This document shows positions 35,793 to 44,796 of a stretch of DNA of 64,000 bases, piece by piece. The notes under the pieces were generated by a model. The model was not told the DNA's origin. It worked only from the letters and a program-made list of their open reading frames with translations, and did not search any database. Both the position numbers and the translations under genes were made by a program. This DNA is from Dehalococcoidia bacterium. Lineage in GTDB: Bacteria; Chloroflexota; Dehalococcoidia; Lucifugimonadales; UBA2985. Within the stretch, counting starts at the first letter, position 1; each line of letters begins with the position of its first letter. The stretch spans positions 885,046 to 949,045 of the forward strand of contig OZ252018.1 in NCBI GenBank assembly GCA_965247535.1, read 5' to 3'.

Positions 35793-36383
35793 ATGCCTTC
35801 CGGCTTCTACTATGTCTATGCCTTGAAGGACCCCAGGCCAGGGTCGGCCTTACCATTCTATATTGGTAAGGGCACTGGCAGCAGGGCCTTCGATCATCTT
35901 GTAAGCCCAGATGGTACTCGGAAGTATGCGCGTATAAGGGAAATAACGAGTGCTGGGCACGAACCTTTAGTGGAAATTCTGGTTGATAACCTTTCAGAGT
36001 CCGATGCGCTCAGAATCGAGGCGAAACTAATCTCAGCGTTCGGGACTGAGCAAACAGGTGGTTTGCTCACGAACTCGGTGATTCCGTCAGACCTGGTCTC
36101 GGCGAAGCGCTCACACGTCGTTGTCCCTCAGGGTGCAGTTGAGCAAGCACAGCTTGGTCTGGGCATGCTCAAGGATGCGCTCAACAAGCTGACTGATGCA
36201 AATGTTGAAGGAATAACGAATTCCGAGGCGGCTAGTCTCCTGGGTCTCCGTAGCGACTACAACGGTCGACAGAAAGACTATTTGTCATACAGCGTTCTAG
36301 GTTTGCTCCTCAGGGAGGGCCGAGTTATTCGCCGCGAGGGCCGTCCACCGAAGCACGTTTCCGCTCGCCACTTTCGAGGCTAA
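35793..36383 (+). CDS. GIY-YIG nuclease-domain protein with a C-terminal winged-helix-like region
   Basis: 'FYYVYAL..PFYIGKGTGSRAFDH...RIEAKLI...LTNS' supplies GIY, YIG, R, H/E and N in the right order. The gene is AT-richer than its flanks and has a GGAGG SD. Confidence 0.7.
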   Translation: MPSGFYYVYALKDPRPGSALPFYIGKGTGSRAFDHLVSPDGTRKYARIREITSAGHEPLVEILVDNLSESDALRIEAKLISAFGTEQTGGLLTNSVIPSDLVSAKRSHVVVPQGAVEQAQLGLGMLKDALNKLTDANVEGITNSEAASLLGLRSDYNGRQKDYLSYSVLGLLLREGRVIRREGRPPKHVSARHFRG

Positions 36384-36466
36384 GCCTACACCGCTCTGCC
36401 ATCTGGCAGTCGGTGAGCAGGCGCAGGCAGGCCACTGGTTCCTTATGCCCCCCACCTCCCCCCGCC

Positions 36467-37366
36467 TCACGGACGAGCGGCCGTGCCACGGTCTCGCCCC
36501 TCACGCAGGCGGCCGTACTCGGAGCTGAGCTCCGCGCCCAGGATCAGTATCAGGCTGCTCACGTAGAGCCACAGCATCAGCACAAGTGCGTCCGCCATCG
36601 ACCCGTAGACGTCCTGGAAGTTTGCAAAGCGGTCCACGTACGTGAGAAAGACGCCCTTCGCCGCCTCGAACAGCAAAGCGGCCACCACGGCGCCCGGCCA
36701 CACATAGCCCCATCGCGTGTGCGTATTCGGCATCAGCTTGTATATCATGAGAAACGTGGCAAGCGTCAGCGCGAACGAAGTGCCCAGCAGGAACAGCCGC
36801 GACGCCTCGCTCACCAGGAAGTCGGACGCCGGCAGGTCGGCCCGCGCATATTCGCCGGCTGTGCGGACGAAGGCTGCCGCCGCCAGCGACGTCAGGAACA
36901 TCGCTCCAACTACCAGCGCCATGGTCATCTGCTGCGGCTTCCGGACGAACAGAGGCGGGTCCTTCTGCACATCCCAGGCCCTGTTGACGACCCGGGCCAC
37001 GGCCCCGAACATCGCGCTGCCGGACCAGAGCAACCCGATGATCGAGATCAGGCCCAGCGTCCCGCTAACGCGGACGTCGCTGGCGAGAAGCCCATCCGAG
37101 CCCGGCAGGTATCCCGCGATAAACCCGATGAACTGCGCCTCCCGGTCCTCGGACGTGGACAGCAGGTTGAAGATTGCGATGAGCCCGATCATTAGCGGGA
37201 ACAGCGAGAATGCGGCGTAGTAGGCCACCCCGGCCGCCATGTGTGTGGCGTCGTCGTCCGACATCTCCTGCACGGTGCGCACCAGCAGCCGTACTATGAA
37301 CAGGCCCTTGAAGGGCGCCCACGCTACCGCTGCCGCGCCCATCAGGATGTCAAGTAATGTCCTCAA
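36467..37366 (-). CDS. YihY/BrkB family membrane protein
   Basis: 'AAGVAYYAAFSLFPLMI' plus six TM segments and 'YGSMADALVLMLWLYVSSLILILGAE' are family-typical. Confidence 0.85.
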   Translation of the reverse strand: MRTLLDILMGAAAVAWAPFKGLFIVRLLVRTVQEMSDDDATHMAAGVAYYAAFSLFPLMIGLIAIFNLLSTSEDREAQFIGFIAGYLPGSDGLLASDVRVSGTLGLISIIGLLWSGSAMFGAVARVVNRAWDVQKDPPLFVRKPQQMTMALVVGAMFLTSLAAAAFVRTAGEYARADLPASDFLVSEASRLFLLGTSFALTLATFLMIYKLMPNTHTRWGYVWPGAVVAALLFEAAKGVFLTYVDRFANFQDVYGSMADALVLMLWLYVSSLILILGAELSSEYGRLREGRDRGTAARP

Positions 37367-37442
37367 ATCAACGCTCGACGCGGGCCGGGCGGACGTTGCC
37401 CCGCTTTGTCACCGCCCACGCTTCTAGTATAATGAGGCCGCT

Positions 37443-38501
37443 TTGACCAATCCAGTGCAGACCAAGACAGCGTCCGCTTATGGTGACGTGACGCCAATCG
37501 AGTGGCAGGGCGGGCGACTGTGCCTCTTGGACCAAAGCCGCCTGCCGCACGAGGTGTCGTACGTACACCTTTCGACCCCCGAGGAGGTGGCGAGCGCCAT
37601 ACGGGAGATGCGGGTCAGGGGCGCGCCGGCCATCGGGGTGACCGCGGCCTACGGCATGGCCTTGGCAGCCGCCCAGAGCCGGACGATGGACTCCCTCCGC
37701 GACGCCGCCCGCCTGCTCGCAGCTTCGCGGCCCACGGCCGTCAACCTGCGGTGGGCGGTCGAGCGGATGATGCGCGTGGCGGAACAGGCGCCGCACGATG
37801 CTGACCTCGCCACCTGCCTTCTCGCGGAGGCCTCCGAGCTTCACCGCGAGACCCTGGAGTCCGACCGGCGCTTGAGCGCGCTGGGCGCAGCCCTCATCGA
37901 GCCCGGCTCCTCCGTGCTCACGCACTGCAACACAGGCGCGCTGGCCACCGGCGGCTACGGCACAGCACTCGGCGTGGTCCGCTGGGCGTGGGAGGAGGGC
38001 AGGGTGCAGCACGTTTTGGCCACGGAGACGCGTCCGTGGTTGCAGGGGGCGAGACTCACCACGTGGGAGTTGGCACGGCTGGGCATACCGGCGACGCTCG
38101 TGGTTGACTCCGCGGCCGCGGCGCTTATGGCAGGCGGCCGCGTCCAGTGCGTGATAACCGGCGCCGACCGCATCGCCGCCAACGGCGATACCGCCAACAA
38201 GATCGGAACGCTTTCGCTGGCGGTGCTCGCTAACCACTACGGCGTCCCCTTCTACGTTGCCGCTCCCGTCTCCACTATAGATATGAGCGCGGCGTCCGGC
38301 GACGACATCCCCATCGAGGAGCGGCCCGCCGCCGAGGTGACGCAGGCTGGAGGCGCGCCCACCGCGCCGGAAGGTACGGCAGCGTGGAACCCGGCCTTCG
38401 ACGTGACCCCGGGCGGGCTGATCGCGGCGATCATCACGGATTGCGGTGTCGCCCGGCCGCCCTACGAGCGGACGCTTGCTGAGGTGACGAATCGTGGCTG
38501 A
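37443..38501 (+). CDS. mtnA: S-methyl-5-thioribose-1-phosphate isomerase
   Basis: 'LLDQSRLPHEVSYV', 'MRVRGAPAIGVTAAYG' and 'GADRIAANGDTANKIGT' match the eIF-2B/MtnA family. Confidence 0.9.
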   Translation: MTNPVQTKTASAYGDVTPIEWQGGRLCLLDQSRLPHEVSYVHLSTPEEVASAIREMRVRGAPAIGVTAAYGMALAAAQSRTMDSLRDAARLLAASRPTAVNLRWAVERMMRVAEQAPHDADLATCLLAEASELHRETLESDRRLSALGAALIEPGSSVLTHCNTGALATGGYGTALGVVRWAWEEGRVQHVLATETRPWLQGARLTTWELARLGIPATLVVDSAAAALMAGGRVQCVITGADRIAANGDTANKIGTLSLAVLANHYGVPFYVAAPVSTIDMSAASGDDIPIEERPAAEVTQAGGAPTAPEGTAAWNPAFDVTPGGLIAAIITDCGVARPPYERTLAEVTNRG

Positions 38502-39357
38502 GGCGCTCATTGGCGTGATTGGCGGGACTGGGTTGTACCGCATGGACGGCCTGGAGGGCGCCGAGGAAGTCGTCGTCGACACGCCGTTCGGCGCGCCCAG
38601 CGACGTCATAGTCACCGGCACGCTCAACGGCGTGGGCGTTGCTTTCCTGCCCAGGCACGGCAGGGGGCATCGGCTCTCGCCGACTGAGCTTCCGGCAAGG
38701 GCCAACATCTACGCCCTCAAGTCGCTGGGCGTGCGGAGAGTAATTTCCGTTAGCGCCGTTGGAAGTCTGCGGGAGGAGATTCGCCCGCTGGACATGGTGG
38801 TGCCTGACCAGCTCATCGATCGGACGCTGGGACGGCCGCGCACGTTCTTCGGCGAGGGCATTGTGGCCCACGTGGGAATGGCCGATCCGTTCTGTCCCGA
38901 TCTGCGAAGCGCTTTGCGAGTGAGCGGCGGACGCGCCGGCGCGACGGTGCACGACGGGGGTACGCTCGTCGTCATCGAGGGGCCGCAGTTTTCCACGAGA
39001 GCGGAGTCGCACATGTACCGCTCTTGGGGCGCGGACATCATCGGCATGACGGCGCTGCCGGAGGCCCGGCTCGCCAGAGAAGCCGAGTTGTGCTACGCTG
39101 TGCTCGCCTGCTCCACCGACTACGATTGCTGGCACGAGAGCGAGGAACCCGTTACCGTCGAGATGGTGGTGGAGAACCTGATGAAGAACACCGCCGTCTC
39201 CAGGGCAATCCTCGCCGACGTCATCACCGCAGACCTTGCGGAGCGAGACTGCGGGTGCGGCTCCGCTCTCGCAAACGCCATCGTTACGGACAGGGGAGTC
39301 ATTCCGGCGGAGGTGCGGGAGCGGCTGTCCCTATTAATCGGCAAGTACAATCTGTAA
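38494..39357 (+). CDS. mtnP: S-methyl-5'-thioadenosine phosphorylase
   Basis: Contains 'IGVIGGTGLY', 'FLPRHGRGH' and 'GPQFSTRAESHMYRSWGADIIGMT'. Confidence 0.9.
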   Translation: MAEALIGVIGGTGLYRMDGLEGAEEVVVDTPFGAPSDVIVTGTLNGVGVAFLPRHGRGHRLSPTELPARANIYALKSLGVRRVISVSAVGSLREEIRPLDMVVPDQLIDRTLGRPRTFFGEGIVAHVGMADPFCPDLRSALRVSGGRAGATVHDGGTLVVIEGPQFSTRAESHMYRSWGADIIGMTALPEARLAREAELCYAVLACSTDYDCWHESEEPVTVEMVVENLMKNTAVSRAILADVITADLAERDCGCGSALANAIVTDRGVIPAEVRERLSLLIGKYNL

Positions 39358-39383
39358 GACTGCTCTTCCGGAGGTGTTTTGAA

Positions 39384-39728
39384 ATGGCAAGACAAGATCC
39401 TGGCGAACCCTACTTCCGCGTTAGCGTCGAGGAAGCCAAGTCGATGGTTGACGGCGGGAACGCCGTGGTGATCGACGTGCGCCGCCCCGACGAATGGGTC
39501 ACGGGCCGCGTGGAGGGTGCGATGCACATTCCGGTCGACGACGTGGCCGCCCGCATCGACGAGCTGCCAACGGAAGGAGACCTGCTGTTCATCTGCGCGG
39601 CGGGCGTTCGCAGCGGCCTGGCCTGCGAGATGGCCGCGGCAATGGAGGTCGATTCCAGCCGTCTGTACAACATCGAGGAGGGCACTGCTGCCTGGATCGA
39701 GAAGGGGTTGCCCTACGAGAGCGGATAG
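39384..39728 (+). CDS. rhodanese-domain sulfurtransferase (single domain)
   Basis: 114 aa with 'VIDVRRPDEW' and the active-site loop 'CAAGVRS'. A GGAGGTG SD lies upstream. Confidence 0.8.
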   Translation: MARQDPGEPYFRVSVEEAKSMVDGGNAVVIDVRRPDEWVTGRVEGAMHIPVDDVAARIDELPTEGDLLFICAAGVRSGLACEMAAAMEVDSSRLYNIEEGTAAWIEKGLPYESG

Positions 39729-39791
39729 GCCGTATGGGCCGCACTGGCGAGTGAGTGAGCCTGTGAGCGGGGTAATGCGAGGGCCGGCGGC

Positions 39792-40781
39792 ATGAGCAGC
39801 GCAATGAAGGACGTGCTTGGTATAGGCAATGCGATGGTGGACGTGCTGACCCACGCCGACGATGCCTTTCTGTTCAAGCACAGCCTCGTTCGGGGCGCCA
39901 TGACTCTCGTCGACGCCGAGCAGGGCGCCTCCATCCTGGAGGCGATGGGCTCGACGGTTGAGGTGTCCGGGGGCTCCGTGGCGAACACGATGGCCGGGAT
40001 TGCCTCGCTGGGCGGCACCGGCTCGTACATCGGCAGAGTGCACGACGACCGGCTGGGCGAAATCTTCAGCCGCGGAATGCGCTCGCTCGGAATCGGCTAC
40101 TCGTCAGTGCCCGCGACCGAAGGCTCGCCAACGGCGCGATGCCTGGTGATCGTCACGCCGGACGGCCAGCGTACGATGGCCACGTACCTGGGCGCCTGCA
40201 CGGAGCTTGGGCCGGAAGACGTGGACGCGGAGGAGGTGTACGGACACTCCGTGACCTACCTTGAGGGCTACCTGTGGGACGCGCCGCGTGCGCAGGAAGC
40301 AATGGCCCTAGCGGCCCGTCTTGCCCACGACGCCGGCAACAGGGTGGCGCTGACTCTCTCCGACCCCTTTTGCGTGGAGCGGCACCGGGACGAGTTCCGC
40401 GACTTCATCCTGGAACACGTGGACGTGCTGTTCGCCAACCAGGAAGAGGCCATGTCGCTGTACGAGGAGACCCACTTGGAGAATGCTGTGGAACGAGCGC
40501 GAGGTGACTGCCGGCTGGCCGTGGTTACTCGCAGCGAGAAGGGCTCGATAGTGGTATCCGGCGAAGAGACGCACGTGGTGGACATAGTTCCGGTCGAGCG
40601 CGTGGTGGACACCACGGGCGCCGGCGACCTGTTCGCCGCCGGGTTCCTGTACGGGATCACGCACGGCCACGACCTGCCGACGTGCGGGCGGATTGGCGCG
40701 CTGGCGGCGGCGGAGGTGATAGGCCACCTGGGCGCACGACCGGAGGCGCGGCTGAGTGAGCTGCTGGCGCGCGTGGTGTAG
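39792..40781 (+). CDS. adenosine kinase / PfkB-family carbohydrate kinase
   Basis: The N-terminus is 'VLGIGNAMVDVL'. The C-terminal PfkB signature is 'DTTGAGDLFAAGFLYG'. Confidence 0.8.
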   Translation: MSSAMKDVLGIGNAMVDVLTHADDAFLFKHSLVRGAMTLVDAEQGASILEAMGSTVEVSGGSVANTMAGIASLGGTGSYIGRVHDDRLGEIFSRGMRSLGIGYSSVPATEGSPTARCLVIVTPDGQRTMATYLGACTELGPEDVDAEEVYGHSVTYLEGYLWDAPRAQEAMALAARLAHDAGNRVALTLSDPFCVERHRDEFRDFILEHVDVLFANQEEAMSLYEETHLENAVERARGDCRLAVVTRSEKGSIVVSGEETHVVDIVPVERVVDTTGAGDLFAAGFLYGITHGHDLPTCGRIGALAAAEVIGHLGARPEARLSELLARVV

Positions 40782-40924
40782 GGCGAGCAGCAGAACGTGC
40801 TTGACGCGAAGTATATGACCCAGATACCCAAGGGCTACAGTCTTCGCGTTGACGAGCTTCTCAGGCTTGCCCTGTAGAGGCTCTTCTTCAGATGTGGTAT
40901 AGCGGCCTCTGCCCACCCCCGCGG

Positions 40925-40953
40925 TGGACATGCCCGGCGAAATCCGTTATCAT
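40925..40953 (+). promoter_or_regulatory. candidate promoter for ahcY-metK
   Basis: TGGACA, a 17-nt spacer, then TATCAT. This implies a ~150-nt leader before the ahcY ATG. Confidence 0.3.
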
Positions 40954-41108
40954 ACTCGCGCCCGAACCTGGGCCATGGCTGTTTCACACCATGAACCACT
41001 TCAGGGGCGATGTACCTTCACGCCCTTCACCACGGGAGGATCGCACCATATGACTTCACAGACACTCCACGCCTGCCTGTCTTCCGGGCCCATCGGGGGC
41101 CGGTAGAC

Positions 41109-42377
41109 ATGGTTGCGCAGACAAAGGGAGACGTCAAGGATATCGCACTAGCGGGCCAGGGAGTGCTCCGCATCGAGTGGGCTGCGAGGGAGATGCAGGT
41201 CCTTCGCCAGATTCGGGAGCGGTTCGCTCGCGAGAGGCCACTCGAGGGACTGAAGCTTTCGGCCTGCCTGCACGTCACCACGGAGACCGCCAACCTCGTC
41301 CTCGCCCTTCGTGACGGCGGCGCCAGCGTGGCCCTCTGCGCCAGCAATCCTCTCAGCACCCAGGACGACGTGGCTGCGGCACTGGTCTCGGAGTTTGGCG
41401 TGCCCACCTTCGCCATTCACGGCGAGGACCACGATTCCTACTACCGCCACATCCACTCCGCGCTCGACCACGGCCCGCACTACACCATGGACGATGGCGC
41501 GGACCTCGTGACCGTTCTGCACAAGGAGCGCCGCGAGCTCCTGGAGGGCGTGGTAGGCGGAACAGAGGAGACCACCACGGGCGTCGTTCGCCTGCGCAGC
41601 CAGGCGCGCGAGGGCATGCTGGAGTACCCCATCGTCGCCGTCAACGAGGCGGACACCAAGCACCTGTTCGACAACCGCTACGGCACGGGGCAGAGCACCG
41701 TCGATGGCGTCACGCGCGCCACCAACGTTCTGTGGGCCGGCAAGCAGGTTGTGGTCTGCGGCTACGGCTGGTGCGGCCGGGGAATCGCCATGCGGGTGAG
41801 CGGGCTTGGGGGCCACGTTATTGTTACGGAGGTGGACCCCGTTCGCGCGCTGGAGGCGGTGATGGACGGCTACCGCGTGGCTCCTGTGCTGGATGCCGCG
41901 TCGGAGGGCGACGTGTTCATCACGGCAACGGGCGACATGAAGGTGATCGACGGCGAGGCGCTGGAGCGGATGAAGGACGGAGCTATCCTCGCCAACAGCG
42001 GCCACTTCAACGTTGAGATCGACATACCGGCGCTGGAGGCCATGTCCGAAGGGAAGAGGCACATGCGCTCGTCGGTGGAGGAGTACCAACTGAAGGACGG
42101 GCGCAGGCTCTACCTGCTGGCCGAGGGCAGGCTGATCAACCTGGCAGCCGCGGAAGGGCACCCGTCCAGCGTTATGGACATGAGCTTCGCCAACCAGGCG
42201 CTCTGCATCGAGTATCTGGCCGGCTTGCCGGAGAGGCTGGCGCGGGACGTGCATCCCGTGCCGGTGGAGATAGACCGGAGAATTGCGGAGCTGAAGCTCG
42301 GCTCCCTGGGCGTGCGCATAGACATGCTCACCGACGAGCAGAAGCGTTACCTGGAGAGCTGGGAAGAGGGGACGTGA
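41109..42377 (+). CDS. ahcY: adenosylhomocysteinase
   Basis: 422 aa starting at [12 protein letters not shown], with '[15 protein letters not shown]'-type and 'GYGWCGRG' NAD-binding motifs. Confidence 0.95.
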   Translation: MVAQTKGDVKDIALAGQGVLRIEWAAREMQVLRQIRERFARERPLEGLKLSACLHVTTETANLVLALRDGGASVALCASNPLSTQDDVAAALVSEFGVPTFAIHGEDHDSYYRHIHSALDHGPHYTMDDGADLVTVLHKERRELLEGVVGGTEETTTGVVRLRSQAREGMLEYPIVAVNEADTKHLFDNRYGTGQSTVDGVTRATNVLWAGKQVVVCGYGWCGRGIAMRVSGLGGHVIVTEVDPVRALEAVMDGYRVAPVLDAASEGDVFITATGDMKVIDGEALERMKDGAILANSGHFNVEIDIPALEAMSEGKRHMRSSVEEYQLKDGRRLYLLAEGRLINLAAAEGHPSSVMDMSFANQALCIEYLAGLPERLARDVHPVPVEIDRRIAELKLGSLGVRIDMLTDEQKRYLESWEEGT

Positions 42378-42420
42378 GCAGCCACGGTCGAGGCCTCCAC
42401 AATCGCAAAGGAGAGATAGA

Positions 42421-43668
42421 GTGAGCTTCACATTCACAGATTCGCCATCATACTTGTACACATCCGAGTCGGTGACCGAGGGTCATCCCGACAAGCTGTG
42501 CGACCAGATTTCGGATGCCATCCTGGACGCCATCATTTCCAGGGACCCTGATGCAAGGGTAGCATGCGAGACCTGCGCGACCAACGGACTTGTGGCGGTA
42601 ATGGGCGAGATTACGACCGACACGTATGTTGACGTATCGCGCATCATCCGCGATACCATCAGCGGCGTCGGCTACAACAACCCGGACTACGGATTCGACT
42701 ACAAGAGCTGCGGCGTTGTTCTTTCGCTGCAGGAGCAGTCCAAGGACATCGCGCTGGGCGTGGACGCCTCGCAGGAGGCCAAGGAGCGGGGCGCCGTGGA
42801 CGGCGAGGACCCGGACGAGACCGGCGCCGGCGACCAGGGCATGATGGTGGGCTTCGCGTGCAACGAGACGCCTGAACTGATGCCTCTTACCGTGACCCTT
42901 TCGCACAGGCTGGTGCAGCGTCTCGCCGCGGTGCGCAAGGAGGGGCTGCTGCCATACCTGCGGCCGGACGGAAAGTCGCAGGTGACGGTGGAGTACTCCT
43001 ACGGCGTGCCCAAGCGCATAGACACTGTGGTCATTAGCGCGCAGCACAACCCGGAGGTGTCGAAGGACGTCATCAAGCGCGACATCACTGAGATGGTCAT
43101 AAACGAGGTGGTGCCCGCCAGTCTACGGGACGCCGAAACCAAGATTCTGGTCAACCCCACGGGCAGGTTCGTGATAGGCGGCCCCGTGGCGGACACGGGC
43201 CTCACCGGGCGCAAGATTCTGGTGGACACCTACGGCGGAGTGGCCCGGCACGGCGGAGGCGCATTCTCCGGCAAGGACCCCACAAAGGTCGACCGGTCCG
43301 GCGCCTACTACGCCCGCTACGCGGCCAAGAACATCGTCGCAGCCGGTCTCGCCGACCGCGCCGAGATTCAGATCTCGTACGCCATCGGCGTTGCCAAGCC
43401 GCTGTCCGTCTCGGTCGAGACGTTCGGCACCGGCCACGTGGACGACGCAACCATACAGCTACTGGTCGACAAGCACTTCGACTTTCGCCCCGCACCCATC
43501 ATCCGGAACCTGGATCTGCGGCGCCCCATATACAGGGCGACCGCAAGCTACGGTCACTTCGGGCGGGATGATCTGGATCTGCCGTGGGAGCGCGTCGACA
43601 AGGCCGACTTGCTGCGTGCAGAGGCCGGCCTGCGCACGATAATGGGTCAGGGTGAAGCGACAGCCTGA
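42421..43668 (+). CDS. metK: S-adenosylmethionine synthase
   Basis: '[23 protein letters not shown]', 'GAGDQGMM' and '[16 protein letters not shown]' are present. GTG start. Confidence 0.95.
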   Translation: MSFTFTDSPSYLYTSESVTEGHPDKLCDQISDAILDAIISRDPDARVACETCATNGLVAVMGEITTDTYVDVSRIIRDTISGVGYNNPDYGFDYKSCGVVLSLQEQSKDIALGVDASQEAKERGAVDGEDPDETGAGDQGMMVGFACNETPELMPLTVTLSHRLVQRLAAVRKEGLLPYLRPDGKSQVTVEYSYGVPKRIDTVVISAQHNPEVSKDVIKRDITEMVINEVVPASLRDAETKILVNPTGRFVIGGPVADTGLTGRKILVDTYGGVARHGGGAFSGKDPTKVDRSGAYYARYAAKNIVAAGLADRAEIQISYAIGVAKPLSVSVETFGTGHVDDATIQLLVDKHFDFRPAPIIRNLDLRRPIYRATASYGHFGRDDLDLPWERVDKADLLRAEAGLRTIMGQGEATA

Positions 43669-43684
43669 AGGCGAGGACCTCTGA

Positions 43685-44767
43685 ATGAAGGCGGTTATCC
43701 TGGCCGGGGGAGAGGGGACGCGTCTGCGTCCGCTGACGTGCAACGTCCCCAAGCCAATGGTGCCCATACTCAACCGGCCCTTCCTGGAGCACATGCTCAG
43801 CCATCTGAGCGGCCACGGCGTGGAGCACGCCATCCTGACCATGTGGTACCTTCCGGACGTCATCCGCTCCCACTTTGGGAACGGCGAGGGGTTGGGACTG
43901 CGGCTCAGCTACACCCTTGAGGAGACGCCGCTGGGCACCGCGGGCGCCGTCAAGAACGTGGAAGACGAGTTGGACGGCGCATTCCTGGTCCTGAACGGGG
44001 ACATTTTCACCGACCTTGACCTGAGTGCGATGGCAAGGTTCCATCGCGACTCCGGCGCAATGGTCACCATCGCCCTGACGCAGGTGGAGGATCCGTCAGC
44101 GTTCGGGGTGGTGGACATGGACGAGAGTGGCCGAGTGTCTCGCTTCGTTGAGAAGCCGGCGCCCGGCGAAGCTCCAAGCAACTGGGTCAACGCCGGGACC
44201 TACCTTGTGGAGCCGGAGGCGCTGGCTCACGCGCCCGGCGGCGAGCACTACATGTTCGAGCGAGGCCTGTTCCCCAAGCTGCTGAAGATGGGCGCGCCCG
44301 TCTACGGATACCGATCGAACGCGTACTGGGCGGATCTGGGAACCCCGGCAAGCTACACCCGCGTGCACTGGGACATGCTGCCAACGGCCGGCGCGACCTC
44401 CAGGCACGACGCAACCGGAATCCACTCATCCGCCAAGATCAGCGGCCCGGTGCTGCTGGGCAGGGGATGCGCCATAGGCCCCGACGCTATCGTTCAAGGG
44501 CCCGTCGTGATGGGCGCGGGCTGCCGCGTGGGAGAGGGAGCGGTGATACGCGACGCAATTCTGTGGAGGGACGTCGAGGTGGGGCGCGGCGCGGAGCTGG
44601 ACGCATGTATCTTGGGCGACGGCGTGAGGGTTGGTGACGGAGCAATGGTGGGCGCCGGGTGCATCATCGGCGACGGCGCCAGCATAGGCAGTGGCAATCG
44701 CATGGAACGCGGCATGGTGCTGTGGCCCGGCGTCTCCATCCAGCCTGAGGCCGTGTCCTTTCGCTGA
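43685..44767 (+). CDS. NDP-sugar pyrophosphorylase (mannose-1-phosphate guanylyltransferase-like) with a C-terminal left-handed beta-helix
   Basis: 'MKAVILAGGEGTRLRPLT..PKPMVPI' is present. The C-terminus carries hexapeptide repeats. Confidence 0.85.
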   Translation: MKAVILAGGEGTRLRPLTCNVPKPMVPILNRPFLEHMLSHLSGHGVEHAILTMWYLPDVIRSHFGNGEGLGLRLSYTLEETPLGTAGAVKNVEDELDGAFLVLNGDIFTDLDLSAMARFHRDSGAMVTIALTQVEDPSAFGVVDMDESGRVSRFVEKPAPGEAPSNWVNAGTYLVEPEALAHAPGGEHYMFERGLFPKLLKMGAPVYGYRSNAYWADLGTPASYTRVHWDMLPTAGATSRHDATGIHSSAKISGPVLLGRGCAIGPDAIVQGPVVMGAGCRVGEGAVIRDAILWRDVEVGRGAELDACILGDGVRVGDGAMVGAGCIIGDGASIGSGNRMERGMVLWPGVSIQPEAVSFR

Positions 44768-44796
44768 GGGAGTGATCCGGTGTGGAAGGTCGGCAA

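Noticed and set aside
35772-36383. An 8-bp direct repeat AGGCTAAG just upstream of the GIY-YIG SD and at its stop codon, possibly a target-site duplication.
   Set aside because: 8-mers recur by chance hundreds of times at this spacing in a 64-kb window. On its own this is not evidence of mobility.
37368-38708. Many long antisense or alternative-frame ORFs: 717-1640, 5443-6573, 10480-11241, 24922-26139, 31460-32545, 33332-34255, 34144-35383, 36413-37195, 37368-38708, 41148-42461, 44494-45435, 52746-53720 and 54188-55135.
   Set aside because: Each fully overlaps a gene with clear family motifs on the other strand or frame. Each has the Arg/Ala/Gly/Pro/His-rich composition typical of spurious ORFs in high-GC DNA.
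40954-41108. A SAH, SAM-I, SAM-II or SAM-IV riboswitch in the ahcY-metK leader.
   Set aside because: I could not find the conserved cores (GAGGAGCG...CAGGCTCG...AACGGCGCC for SAH; GGCAACC and the GA-rich junctions for SAM-I/IV). The leader is kept only as an unexplained leader in the findings.
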